Positions 55,381 to 64,000 of a DNA stretch of 64,000 nt are shown piece after piece (position 1 is the first letter of the stretch; each line of letters starts with the position of its first letter). A model generated the notes under the pieces. It was not told the origin of the DNA and searched no databases. It was given only the letters and a program-made list of their open reading frames with translations. This DNA is from Bacilli bacterium (GTDB lineage: Bacteria > Bacillota_I > Bacilli_A > RFN20 > CAG-826): NCBI GenBank assembly GCA_017540455.1, contig JAFYAZ010000039.1:5587-69586 (forward strand). The letters are read 5' to 3'. A program made the position numbers and the translations under genes.

Positions 55381-57345
55381 ATGTTCACGCAGTTAAATAT
55401 CGATGCCGGACTTGCTTTCGGCGCCTTCGCTATCGCTGCCTTTTGTTTCATTTCTTCTTTGAGAAAGAACCTAAGCCGCGTTCAGCATGTAACATATTTG
55501 ATTATCTGTATCAGCTGCCTTGTCTGTCCTCTGACCAGCATCGTGGAAGAGGTATTTTTAACATTTGGCAAAGATGGCGATGGGCTTTTATGGCTCTTCA
55601 TGGGGTCAGAAGTCCTCTTCTTTTTCTTCCACTCCTTCTTAGCTCCTTCCTTTGGCTTATATGTCTTGTCCCTTAACGGCACCCTCGTAGGACGCAAGAA
55701 GAGGCTTTGGTTCATCTACTGGATCCCGGTCATGCTCGTCGAGATCGCCAATATCGCCAACATCTTCTTCCCACGCGATGCGAGACCGTTATATACGGTC
55801 ACCGTCGCAGAAGCGGGCAACTACGTCTACCAAAGAGGCGATTTCATGTTCATCTTCTACATCATCGCCGGTCTTTATGTTCTCCTTAGCCTTTTCGCCT
55901 TCATCAGAAACATCAGGGCCCTCAACGCCAGAAAGATCGTTTCGCTTTTAAGCTTCTACACCGCTACTCTCGCAGGCGTCGTCATCCAGTTCTTCTGGAA
56001 GGAAATCAAATTAGAGGCCTTCTTCGAATCCTTCTCAATCCTTGGACTTCTCATCCTCTTAGAAAGCGACACCGGCATCATCAATAACAACACCGGCTTA
56101 TATAACGAGATCGCTTTCTATAACGACAATGCGACCGCGATGGCCGCTAAACGCAAATACAGCATCATCACTTTGCAGTCCCCTGACTATTTCCAGTATC
56201 TTGAGATGCTTGGTCAAACCAACTACAACGGAATTGAGATATTGGTCGCTAGATACTTAACAAGCATTGTTAAATCTCAATATGTCTACCAACTTTCAAA
56301 CGGTGCCTTCGGCATCATGCTATACGAGGAGAAGGAATCGGACGTCGACATGATCATAGAGATGATTCAGCACAGATTCGAAGAGCCATTCGGTTATGGC
56401 GCGATCGAAGCCTCACCAAGATGGAACATCACCGTTGCGAAAGTCCCTAATGACATTGAGGATCCAAGCCAGCTCCACTACCTCTTCGCCGGAAAGAACG
56501 GAGGCTTTGAGCAGAAGGTCATCATCCGCGATAGCCTTTCCCTTAGGTTCATCAAGCGCAGAAGCAAGATCGAAGGCGCGATTGCCCGCGGCCTTAGAGA
56601 CAACAACTTCAAAGTCTATTACCAGCCAATCTGGGATGCCTCCCGCAATAAAATACTCTCTGCCGAAGCCCTTCTTAGGCTCATCGATCCTGAGCTTGGT
56701 TTCATCGGCCCAGATGAGTTCATCCCTGTCGCCGAAGAAAACGGAACCATCATTGAGCTCGGACACTGGGTTTTCGAAGAAGCCTGCAAAATGGCGAAGA
56801 AAAACGAAATCAGGAACCTCGGAATCGAGTGGCTTGAGATCAATCTCTCCGTCAATCAGCTTCCAGAGAAAGACTTGCCAGGAAGATTCCTTGAGATAGC
56901 CCATAGATTCGACCTTCCACCGTCATTCCTTAATATCGAAGTCACAGAGAGTGCAGATGCCGCGAATGATAACGAACTTGCCGACCGTATCCAAAACCTT
57001 GTTAAGGTTGGCTTCCCTCTTTCCCTTGATGACTACGGAACCGGGTATTCGAACTTCACCCGCCTCATCAAGAGCAGGTTCAGGACCATCAAGATCGACC
57101 GCTCACTCCTTCTTTCCGCTGAGCAAGGCCCGATCGGAAAATCAGTCCTCTCAAGCATCTACAAGACGATGAATGGACTTAGCTTCCGTACCATCCAGGA
57201 AGGCGTTGAGACCGAGGAGCAAAAGAACCTCATCCTCTCCTTCGGAGCCCAGATGATTCAGGGCTACTTCTTCTCTAAGCCAATTCCTGAAGAAGAGTTC
57301 ATCGAATACGTCATGAAGTTCAACAAAATCAAACACATCTCCTAA
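55381..57345 (+). CDS. polytopic membrane sensor with degenerate GGDEF-like linker and canonical EAL c-di-GMP phosphodiesterase domain
   Basis: 654 aa with ~6-7 N-terminal TM helices. EAL signatures are YQPIWD, AEALLRL, EINLS, NIEVTES, LDDYGTGYS, KIDRSL, EGVETEEQ and QGYFFSKP. There is no GGDEF motif. Confidence 0.75.
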   Translation: MFTQLNIDAGLAFGAFAIAAFCFISSLRKNLSRVQHVTYLIICISCLVCPLTSIVEEVFLTFGKDGDGLLWLFMGSEVLFFFFHSFLAPSFGLYVLSLNGTLVGRKKRLWFIYWIPVMLVEIANIANIFFPRDARPLYTVTVAEAGNYVYQRGDFMFIFYIIAGLYVLLSLFAFIRNIRALNARKIVSLLSFYTATLAGVVIQFFWKEIKLEAFFESFSILGLLILLESDTGIINNNTGLYNEIAFYNDNATAMAAKRKYSIITLQSPDYFQYLEMLGQTNYNGIEILVARYLTSIVKSQYVYQLSNGAFGIMLYEEKESDVDMIIEMIQHRFEEPFGYGAIEASPRWNITVAKVPNDIEDPSQLHYLFAGKNGGFEQKVIIRDSLSLRFIKRRSKIEGAIARGLRDNNFKVYYQPIWDASRNKILSAEALLRLIDPELGFIGPDEFIPVAEENGTIIELGHWVFEEACKMAKKNEIRNLGIEWLEINLSVNQLPEKDLPGRFLEIAHRFDLPPSFLNIEVTESADAANDNELADRIQNLVKVGFPLSLDDYGTGYSNFTRLIKSRFRTIKIDRSLLLSAEQGPIGKSVLSSIYKTMNGLSFRTIQEGVETEEQKNLILSFGAQMIQGYFFSKPIPEEEFIEYVMKFNKIKHIS

Positions 57346-57396
57346 CAAAAAAGAAAAACTCGCCCGACTTGGAGCGAGTTTTTTGTTTGCTGCTTT

Positions 57397-58398
57397 TTAT
57401 CTTTTGATGGTGCTGGAACGCTCAGTGACAAGAGGTTCGAAGCGGTAGCTCTTATCGACGAGGTCATTGTTGATGAGGTCGATGAGCATGTACATGGAAC
57501 GCTGCCCCACTTCTTGCATGTTGATATGGAGGGCGGTGATCGATGGACGGAGGATGTTGGCGTACTTGGTGCCGACAAGGGAAAGGATTTCGACATCCTC
57601 TGGGACCTTTAAGCCAACGTCGGTAGCGGCATTTTCGATAGCGGCCGCGATGGAGTCACGATAAGCGATGAAGTAGCCTTTCTTGTTGTTCTGGAAGTAT
57701 TCATAGAAATCGTGGTATGTGCGGGTGTAGGAATCGTCGCAGTTGATGACGTTATATTTCTGGCCGATTCTCTCATGGGTCTCTCTGAAGGCTTTCTCAT
57801 TGCGGGAGAGGAGACGGCCACCATCATGGACGTGGACGAAGGTCATCTGCTTGTCTCCACCCTTCTTGTAGTAGGACTCAATGAATTTGGAGAGGACATC
57901 TTCGTATGAGAAGAGAATGGAACCGACCTTGTCACCGATGATCTTCTTATTGATGACGATGGTTGGAACGCTGTAGGAATTGATCTTCATGACGTCTTCG
58001 GCATCAAGCTCATCATCGAAGATGATTGCGCCGTCAACATGGGAGGTGATGACTTTCTCAATCATTGAGAGAGCCTCTTCGCGGGAATGGGATGTGGTGA
58101 AAAGAGAAAGGACGAAGCCCTTTGTCTTAGCGACATCGGAAATGCCGGCGAGAAGGTTGGAGATATAGACGTAGTTGGCGTTAGGGATGATGACACCGAT
58201 ATTGGTCGATTTATTGGTGGCAAGGGCCTGGGCGAGTCCGCTTGGCTTATATCCGAGGCGTTTGATGGTCTCTTCGACGTTGAGGCGGGTGGCCTCAGTG
58301 ACATTGCCTTGTTTATTGATGACGCGCGAAACGGTAGCTAAAGAAACTCCGGCGGCTTGAGCGACTTGGTAGATGGTAACACGATCCTTGGTATTCAT
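57397..58398 (-). CDS. LacI/CcpA-family transcriptional regulator
   Basis: 333 aa. The HTH is VTIYQVAQAAGVSLATVSRVIN, followed by a periplasmic-binding-protein-like core. Confidence 0.85.
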   Translation of the reverse strand: MNTKDRVTIYQVAQAAGVSLATVSRVINKQGNVTEATRLNVEETIKRLGYKPSGLAQALATNKSTNIGVIIPNANYVYISNLLAGISDVAKTKGFVLSLFTTSHSREEALSMIEKVITSHVDGAIIFDDELDAEDVMKINSYSVPTIVINKKIIGDKVGSILFSYEDVLSKFIESYYKKGGDKQMTFVHVHDGGRLLSRNEKAFRETHERIGQKYNVINCDDSYTRTYHDFYEYFQNNKKGYFIAYRDSIAAAIENAATDVGLKVPEDVEILSLVGTKYANILRPSITALHINMQEVGQRSMYMLIDLINNDLVDKSYRFEPLVTERSSTIKR

Positions 58399-58449
58399 AT
58401 TGTTTCCTCCACGACAAGACCATTCTAAAAAGAAAAAATGATTAACACA

Positions 58450-58465
58450 ATGAAAATATTTTCAT
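58450..58465. promoter_or_regulatory. perfect 16-bp palindrome, candidate LacI-family operator
   Basis: ATGAAAATATTTTCAT lies ~52-67 nt upstream of the LacI-family gene start. Further TTTTCA/TGAAA half-sites occur at 58480-58500. Confidence 0.45.
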
Positions 58466-58667
58466 AAGCACGTCAAATCATTTTCAAAAGGGTGAAATTT
58501 TCGACTATTGCTATGCAAACAAAATTCGGTAATTGATTCTCGAATTGTATATGATTGGTATTTTTTCATATTTTCACTTGCGTTACGTAGATTATTTTCA
58601 AGTGTATTTCATCTATTTACATAAGAAAAAGCGGGGTTATTCCCCGCCTAATCTATGTTTTTCAGAA

Positions 58668-59273
58668 TTAACGGATGAAGAAATCCTCTCCGTCTTTGAA
58701 TGATGGGTCATCATCAAGAAGGAAAGCGTCTTTCATAGAGCCTTCAAGCCTAAGCTCAACTGGGCTAAGGACTTTGACGTCGTTATTGATGTTCTTGATG
58801 ACCGCGGCGTGGTACACGCTTCCGTCAAAGAGGATGGTTCCATCAAGCGCCACCACTACCATTGAGCCTTCTTCGATGCCTTTGAGGTTAGAGACGGTCT
58901 CATAGGTCTTTTCGCCGCACTGGAGCTTGAGGATTAAGGCTTTCTCATCAAGAGGGTGTTCTTCGGTTGAAAGAACCTTCGCGACTCTGTATCCGGAATC
59001 CTTGATCTCTGGAAGAGGGGCAAGACCTTCTCTTTCTAAGAGGGAATTGATGACCTCAAGGAGTTTGGCGTCTGGAACGAAGATGACTCCGTTGGCCTTG
59101 ATCTTCATCACATCATCGATGTGGAAGATGTTGTAGCCGACGAGTTTGTCATTCTCGCCATATAAGGCAACGACATTGTTATGGGTCTCACTCTTAAGGA
59201 CTCTGGCCTCAGGATCGATGACGATGATGAGGACATCCTTTAGGGCTGGGTGGTTGTAGAAAAGTCTATACAT
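58668..59273 (-). CDS. ytpR: tRNA-binding domain protein (YtpR-like)
   Basis: 201 aa. The C-terminal half (VAKVLSTEEHPLDEKALILKLQCGEKTYETVSN) resembles the CsaA/PheT-type tRNA_bind OB fold. Its synteny next to trmB matches Bacillus. The terminator GCGGGG..CCCCGC lies at 58626-58648. Confidence 0.55.
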   Translation of the reverse strand: MYRLFYNHPALKDVLIIVIDPEARVLKSETHNNVVALYGENDKLVGYNIFHIDDVMKIKANGVIFVPDAKLLEVINSLLEREGLAPLPEIKDSGYRVAKVLSTEEHPLDEKALILKLQCGEKTYETVSNLKGIEEGSMVVVALDGTILFDGSVYHAAVIKNINNDVKVLSPVELRLEGSMKDAFLLDDDPSFKDGEDFFIR

Positions 59274-59285
59274 ATACGCTTCTCC

Positions 59286-59903
59286 TTACTTCTTATATAT
59301 TAAGCGATAGATCGGTTTTCCTTCGCTTCTGAAGTTCCTCTCATATTCGCTCATGGCGTCATTTTCCTCGTCAAAACGATAATCTTTTTCGTCTACGAGG
59401 TTAACGAAGGCGGTTCCTTCCACTTCTTCTTTGGTGAACTCATAGAGGCCAACGTTATCAGTCTTCTGACGGAGTTCCCCTCCTTTTTCTAGAAGGGTGA
59501 GATAAGTCTCTAGACGAGGTTTGGCGGTAAGCCTTCTCTTTGAGTGCCTCTTCTTTGGCCAAGGGTCAGAGAAGTTGAGATAGATGACCTTGAAGGCTTC
59601 CTTTGGAAGGAACTCATAGACCTTGTCGAAATCCTGATAGACGATCTTGACGTTCTTAAGCTCTTTCTCAACGATCTTCTTCGCGAGAGTGCCCAAGGAA
59701 GAAACGTCTCTTTCGACGGCAAGGTAATGGTTAACAGGGTTTCTCTCTGCAAGAGAGACGATGAAATCGCCTTTGCCTGAGCCAATTTCCAAATAGAGAG
59801 GGGCGCCTTCAAAGAAAGACCTATCCTCGAAAGGAAGGGACAAGGTTATTTCTTCATGCTCTTCGATGAATGGAAGAGCCCATTTTTTGAAACGAGATCT
59901 CAC
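59286..59903 (-). CDS. trmB: tRNA (guanine46-N7)-methyltransferase
   Basis: (V)RSRFKKWALPF...LEIGSGKGDFIV...FSDPWPKKRH are TrmB motifs. The start is moved to GTG 59903, overlapping the pepV stop as GTGA. The upstream part of track ORF 59286..60017 lies inside pepV. Confidence 0.8.
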   Translation of the reverse strand: MRSRFKKWALPFIEEHEEITLSLPFEDRSFFEGAPLYLEIGSGKGDFIVSLAERNPVNHYLAVERDVSSLGTLAKKIVEKELKNVKIVYQDFDKVYEFLPKEAFKVIYLNFSDPWPKKRHSKRRLTAKPRLETYLTLLEKGGELRQKTDNVGLYEFTKEEVEGTAFVNLVDEKDYRFDEENDAMSEYERNFRSEGKPIYRLIYKK

Positions 59904-61252
59904 TTCGCGGTTCCCAATGCATGGATCGCCCTGGCGTAAATGGCGATGTCTTTGATGAAGTCTTCGATGTAGATGTATTCGTCTGGCGAATGCATGTTGC
60001 CTGGGTGGTTTGGCCACTCAGCGCCGAAAGCGACCGTATTAGGCGCTTCTTTGGCATAAGTGCCTCCGCCGATCGCAAGAGGTTTTGCGAAGAGCTTGTG
60101 GGCGCCTTTCTTGTAGGCTTTCATAAGGGTGCTGACAAGAGGTGACTTCTTATCAAAGATAAGGAGTTTGCTCTCACCTTTCTTGGTGAGCTCAAGTCCG
60201 GTAGCCTCTTGGAATTTGGCAATGAGTTCTTCTGGCTTGGCTTCTTCGCCATAACGGAAGTCGATGGTGAAGGAAAGTTTCTTGCCATCATAGTTGACGA
60301 TGCCATAGCTATAGGTGGCTTCGCCAAGCTCTTTGGAGCAGTTATATCCACCGAAGGATTTGCCATGGCAGTCCTTCATGGCTTTGGCGGCCTTAGAAAG
60401 GACTTCAAGCTTATAGAAATCACCAAGGGTCTCGAAGCAAGTGACCATGGCGTTCTCACCGAGTTCTGGGGTAGAAGCGTGGGCGGTCTTGCCAGAGAAT
60501 CTGACCATTAAGAGAGCGGAATTGTCGGTGATTTCGCACTTGACGGCCTTGTCTTTGAGGTATTTGACGAACTTGGCATCTGGTTTTAAGGTGACAAGAA
60601 CGTAGTCGCAGACGGCGTTGACGACGACACCGCCATTCATGGCGATGACCGGTCCTAATTCGCCTTCAAAGGAAGCGTCGTAACGGGTGATGCCCTTCTC
60701 GGCGTAGATAAGAGGCCAATTGGCATCTGGTGTGAAGCCGAATTTTGGAGCCTCTCCTTTGTATTCGTTGAAATAGTAGTTTAAGCAGGATGAGCCACGT
60801 TCCTCATCGCCACCGCTGACGATCTTGACGCGGAAGCCTTTGAGGAGGCCTTCGTCCTGGAGAAGCTTGACGGCCCATAGCGATGCAAGAAGCGGTCCCT
60901 TGTCGTCGCAAGCGCCTCTACCATAGATGACGCCGTCTTTGATCTCAGCGCCAAAAGGCTTGTGAGTCCATTTGCCACTCACTGGGACAACGTCGCTATG
61001 GCCATAGATGCCAACGAGCGGTCCTTCATTACCAACGGTGATCTCGGTGCAATAGCCATTGATGACCTTGCTCTTCCAACCGAAGTTGGAGCCGAGTTTG
61101 GCGAAATACTCTAAGGCTTTTTTAACGCCTAAGCCATAAGGCGCTCCCTCACCGATAGTCATCTCATCGTAGACGCTATTGATGCGGATGAAGTCTTGAA
61201 GGGCTTTGACGGCCCCTTGTTCATAGGATTTTGCTAATTTGTCGAAGTTCAC
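59900..61252 (-). CDS. pepV: M20-family dipeptidase (PepV-like)
   Basis: 450 aa with HSDVVP and GRGACDDKGP (M20 metal ligands). The length and architecture fit PepV. Confidence 0.8.
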   Translation of the reverse strand: MNFDKLAKSYEQGAVKALQDFIRINSVYDEMTIGEGAPYGLGVKKALEYFAKLGSNFGWKSKVINGYCTEITVGNEGPLVGIYGHSDVVPVSGKWTHKPFGAEIKDGVIYGRGACDDKGPLLASLWAVKLLQDEGLLKGFRVKIVSGGDEERGSSCLNYYFNEYKGEAPKFGFTPDANWPLIYAEKGITRYDASFEGELGPVIAMNGGVVVNAVCDYVLVTLKPDAKFVKYLKDKAVKCEITDNSALLMVRFSGKTAHASTPELGENAMVTCFETLGDFYKLEVLSKAAKAMKDCHGKSFGGYNCSKELGEATYSYGIVNYDGKKLSFTIDFRYGEEAKPEELIAKFQEATGLELTKKGESKLLIFDKKSPLVSTLMKAYKKGAHKLFAKPLAIGGGTYAKEAPNTVAFGAEWPNHPGNMHSPDEYIYIEDFIKDIAIYARAIHALGTAK

Positions 61253-61875
61253 TCTTTCTCTTCCTCTCTATCGTCGCTTCTGAATCTCTTTGCGACGAAC
61301 ATCGTTCCTTTACCAAGGGCTGGAGTAACGATACCAGCCAAGGTTGCCTCTCCTAACATGCCAAGCAAGATAATGATCGCAACGAACACAGTGATTCCTC
61401 CCGCGAATGGGCTTTCAGTCGATAAGAGCCCATAGGTTTCATTAGGGAAGAAGATAAATAGCGATCCAAACACAAACACCGTATGCATAACGGTAAAGGC
61501 GAAGGAGAGCAAACCCACAATAAGTGGGTTCCCGTATAGTTTAGAATTTTTGTGCAGCATGTCAAAGAACAAACCGCTCAAAAAGCCAAATAAGGCTCTT
61601 GGGAGGACGCTGATCCATGGCCAGACGAATAAAGCGTCAAAGGTTCCAGCTGGCATCGTGGTCGCTTTGATGAGTGAGCAAACGCCCATGGCGATGCCAA
61701 ATAAGAGGCCTTTTCTCCAACCAAAGAGGTAAGCCCCGAGGAGGACTGGAAGATGGAGAAGGGTGAAGCTGATGAATGGGAGGGTGATCATTCCAACATA
61801 TGGAACGAAGGTCATGGCCGCGATGATCGCGACGAAAATCGCATCGACTGCGATATCTTTAACTGTTATTTTCAT
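61249..61875 (-). CDS. ECF transporter substrate-specific (S) component; possibly pantothenate (PanT-like) given coaX linkage
   Basis: 208 aa with 5-6 TM helices. The N-terminus KDIAVDAIFVAIIAAMTFV... is typical of ECF S components. It lies 5 nt downstream of coaX and overlaps the pepV start. Confidence 0.55.
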   Translation of the reverse strand: MKITVKDIAVDAIFVAIIAAMTFVPYVGMITLPFISFTLLHLPVLLGAYLFGWRKGLLFGIAMGVCSLIKATTMPAGTFDALFVWPWISVLPRALFGFLSGLFFDMLHKNSKLYGNPLIVGLLSFAFTVMHTVFVFGSLFIFFPNETYGLLSTESPFAGGITVFVAIIILLGMLGEATLAGIVTPALGKGTMFVAKRFRSDDREEEKE

Positions 61876-61880
61876 TTCGA

Positions 61881-62645
61881 TTATTTCCTGTTCTTAAGAT
61901 TGATTGCGTATAGTCCTTCCATAAGAAGGTCTTTGTCATAGATGAATTCTGGGAGTTCATCTTTCACGTACTCGGCGTTGCCGCCCGTGAGGATCTTCGT
62001 GAGCTTATGGCCCACTGCTTTTTCGTATGCCTCAGCGAAGCCTCGCACCTGATATACGGTGCCATTGATAATGCCACTCACCATACAATCCACAGTGTTT
62101 TTGCCGTAGATTTTTGCTTTTTTGGTGAGCGAAATCTCTGGCAAAGCCGCGGTGCCGTTAACGAGGGCGTCTAGCGAAAGCCTCATGCCTGGGGCAATAG
62201 CTAAACCCGAATAAGCGCCATCTTCATCGATGTAGAGATATTTGCTCGCAGTGCCTAAGTCGGCAATGAATAGCGAGTTGCCGTATCTCTCTTTTCCTCC
62301 CACCGCATCCGCGATGAGATCGGCGCCGACCTCAGATGGGTTGTCGACGCGCATTTGGAGCCCGTTCTTAAGTCCAGGGCCAATGACCTTAGCCTTCACG
62401 TTAAATAGTTTTTGGCTAAGGCTAGTAAGAATCGTCCCTATGGAAGGGACAACCGATGAAATGATTACTTCATCGATTTCGCTTAATTCGATGTTGAGGG
62501 AAGAGAACATCAAAAGAAGGCGGGAACGGGTCTCGTCCTCGCTGCGTTTGGTGTCACTATCCATCACATAGGAACTAAGCAGTTTGTCATCGGCGAAAAG
62601 GCCGAAGTCTGTCAGGGTATTCCCGACGTCAATTGCAAGTAACAT
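61881..62645 (-). CDS. coaX: type III pantothenate kinase
   Basis: MLLAIDVGNTLTDFGLF... is the ASKHA-fold phosphate-1 motif of CoaX. The start is moved to ATG 62645 (GGAGA 8 nt upstream), whereas the track ORF starts at TTG 62690. Confidence 0.8.
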   Translation of the reverse strand: MLLAIDVGNTLTDFGLFADDKLLSSYVMDSDTKRSEDETRSRLLLMFSSLNIELSEIDEVIISSVVPSIGTILTSLSQKLFNVKAKVIGPGLKNGLQMRVDNPSEVGADLIADAVGGKERYGNSLFIADLGTASKYLYIDEDGAYSGLAIAPGMRLSLDALVNGTAALPEISLTKKAKIYGKNTVDCMVSGIINGTVYQVRGFAEAYEKAVGHKLTKILTGGNAEYVKDELPEFIYDKDLLMEGLYAINLKNRK

Positions 62646-62703
62646 TTGGTCTGTCTCCGCTCCGCTCCAAACCTTTTTGGTAGCGGGCAAGGTTATTCTA
62701 CAA

Positions 62704-62738
62704 CAAAAAACGCACCCGTGTATGTGAATTGGGTGCGT
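62704..62738 (-). terminator. intrinsic terminator after leuS
   Basis: The minus strand reads ACGCACCC-aauucacauaca-GGGUGCGU followed by UUUUUUG. Confidence 0.7.
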
Positions 62739-62753
62739 TAGTTGGACAAAAGT

Positions 62754-64000
62754 TTAGGCGACGACGATGTTGAGGATTCTTCCTGGGACGTAGATGATCT
62801 TCTTGATCTCATGTCCAGCGAGGAAGGATTGGACCTTCGCCGACTCATTGGCTTTGGCCATGACCTCATCCTGAGTGGCCTCTTTGGAGACCTCGATGAC
62901 GTCACGCATCTTGCCATTGACGGAAACGGCGAGTTTGACGGTCGTGAGGGTGATGGCTTTCTCGTCGTAAGTTGGCCACTTCTCGTAGGCGATGGAGTCT
63001 TTGTGACCAAGGAGCGACCACATCTCCTCGCCGGCGAATGGACAGACGCAAGAGAAGAGCTTCACGAAGCCTTCCAAGTAGGATTTGTAGAGGCTTTTCG
63101 CTTTATAGCAGTCATTTACGAAGACCATCATCTGGGAGATCGCGGTATTGAAATCGAGGTTCTCGAAGTCGGTGCTGACCTTCTTGACGAGGAAGTTGTA
63201 TGAGTAATCAAGCTCGTGGGAATTCTCCTCGCTGATCATCTTGGTGTATGGCTCTTCGCTCACAAGACGGAAGGCTCTTTCGATGAAGCGGGTCGCGCCA
63301 TTAAGGGATTCGGTGGACCATGGTTTCATTTCGTTAAGAGGACCGGCGAACATCTCGAAGAGACGGAGGGAATCCGCACCATTGCTGTTAACGATATCGT
63401 CTGGGTTAACAACGTTGCCACGGGATTTGGACATCTTCTCGCCATTGGCGCCAAGGATCATGCCCTGGTGATAGAGCTTCTGGAATGGCTCTTTGCATTT
63501 GACGATGCCAATGTCATAGAGGAACTTATGCCAGAAACGGGCATAGAGAAGATGGAGAACGGCGTGTTCTTGTCCACCGACATAAATGTCGACTGGGAGC
63601 CAGTGCTCAATAAGCTCTGGGTCGGCCATCGCCTTATCGTTCTGCGGATCGATATAGCGGATGTAGTACCAGGATGAGCCCGCCCACTGTGGCATGGTAT
63701 TGGTCTCACGGAGGTATTCTTTGCCATCGATGGTTGGTTTTAACCAAGCATCTGGGGCTTTCGAAAGAGGTGGCTTGCCATCTCTTGTTGGCTGATAGTC
63801 ATCAAGCTCAGGAAGGACGAGAGGAAGCTGATCCTCTGGGATTGGATATTCTTTGCCATCCTTATCCTGCATCATTGGGATTGGTTCGCCCCAGTAACGT
63901 TGTCTCGAGAAGATCCAGTCACGGAGTTTGTAATTGACGACTTCTTTGCCAGCGCCAAGCTCAACGAGCTTCTTGGTGATGGCGGCTTTCGCTTCGGCGA
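62754..64000 (-). CDS. leuS: leucyl-tRNA synthetase, C-terminal part (N-terminus beyond window)
   Basis: The frame stays open past the track start (63875) to the window edge. Upstream it reads ..YKLRDWIFSRQRYWGEPIPMMQDKDG, then KMSKSRGN (the KMSKS motif) and the C-terminal anticodon-binding domain. Confidence 0.9.
   Translation of the reverse strand, partial: AEAKAAITKKLVELGAGKEVVNYKLRDWIFSRQRYWGEPIPMMQDKDGKEYPIPEDQLPLVLPELDDYQPTRDGKPPLSKAPDAWLKPTIDGKEYLRETNTMPQWAGSSWYYIRYIDPQNDKAMADPELIEHWLPVDIYVGGQEHAVLHLLYARFWHKFLYDIGIVKCKEPFQKLYHQGMILGANGEKMSKSRGNVVNPDDIVNSNGADSLRLFEMFAGPLNEMKPWSTESLNGATRFIERAFRLVSEEPYTKMISEENSHELDYSYNFLVKKVSTDFENLDFNTAISQMMVFVNDCYKAKSLYKSYLEGFVKLFSCVCPFAGEEMWSLLGHKDSIAYEKWPTYDEKAITLTTVKLAVSVNGKMRDVIEVSKEATQDEVMAKANESAKVQSFLAGHEIKKIIYVPGRILNIVVA

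Overview
This 64-kb window is chromosomal DNA from a Bacillota-type genome. TGA acts as a stop codon, there are many lipoproteins with an SC lipobox, and gene order resembles Bacillus. The backbone genes are rnfC-rnfD, dnaE-polA-mutM::coaE, dnaB-dnaI, pfkA, T-box-thrS, leader-infC-rpmI-rplT, thiI-iscS-ezrA, rpsD, tyrS, a LacI regulator, ytpR, pepV-trmB, coaX with an ECF S-component, and leuS. I recognised no rRNA, tRNA, CRISPR array, transposase or integrase. Two accessory regions stand out. (1) 8.5-23.9 kb. On the minus strand, a consensus promoter, a c-di-GMP-I (GEMM-I) riboswitch and an intrinsic terminator (20880-21143) precede a tightly packed eight-gene, ~12.3-kb operon. The operon encodes two TasA/camelysin-like exported proteins, a membrane-anchored McrB-like AAA+ NTPase, a 683-aa coiled-coil partner in the McrC position, an unusually long SipW-type (ER/archaeal-type) signal peptidase, an active EAL phosphodiesterase, a divergent Pfs-like nucleosidase and a 1025-aa degenerate GGDEF/EAL membrane protein. 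Two further tandem TasA-like paralogs (21621-23879) are transcribed divergently. They carry SipW-class signal peptides (GFAWF) and the shared C-terminal IWLEG strand. I read this locus as a candidate c-di-GMP-controlled surface-fibre or matrix system with an unprecedented McrBC-like module. It is the most interesting thing in the window. (2) 3.9-8.5 kb. Near-perfect 69-bp direct repeats duplicate the 3' end and terminator of the EAL-like gene. They bracket a visibly AT-richer ~4.5-kb insert encoding a helicase IV/UvrD-like protein with topoisomerase-type zinc ribbons, a zinc-ribbon plus PD-(D/E)xK-like nuclease, and two small paralogous proteins. This is a candidate defence island with no recombinase. 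Smaller observations are a MutM-CoaE fusion, a DnaA-box cluster, a non-canonical ATC start for infC, a Thr T-box, a Cys-rich micro-ORF, and duplicated terminators flanking a lipoprotein gene. All functional calls rest on motif recognition by eye, with no database search.
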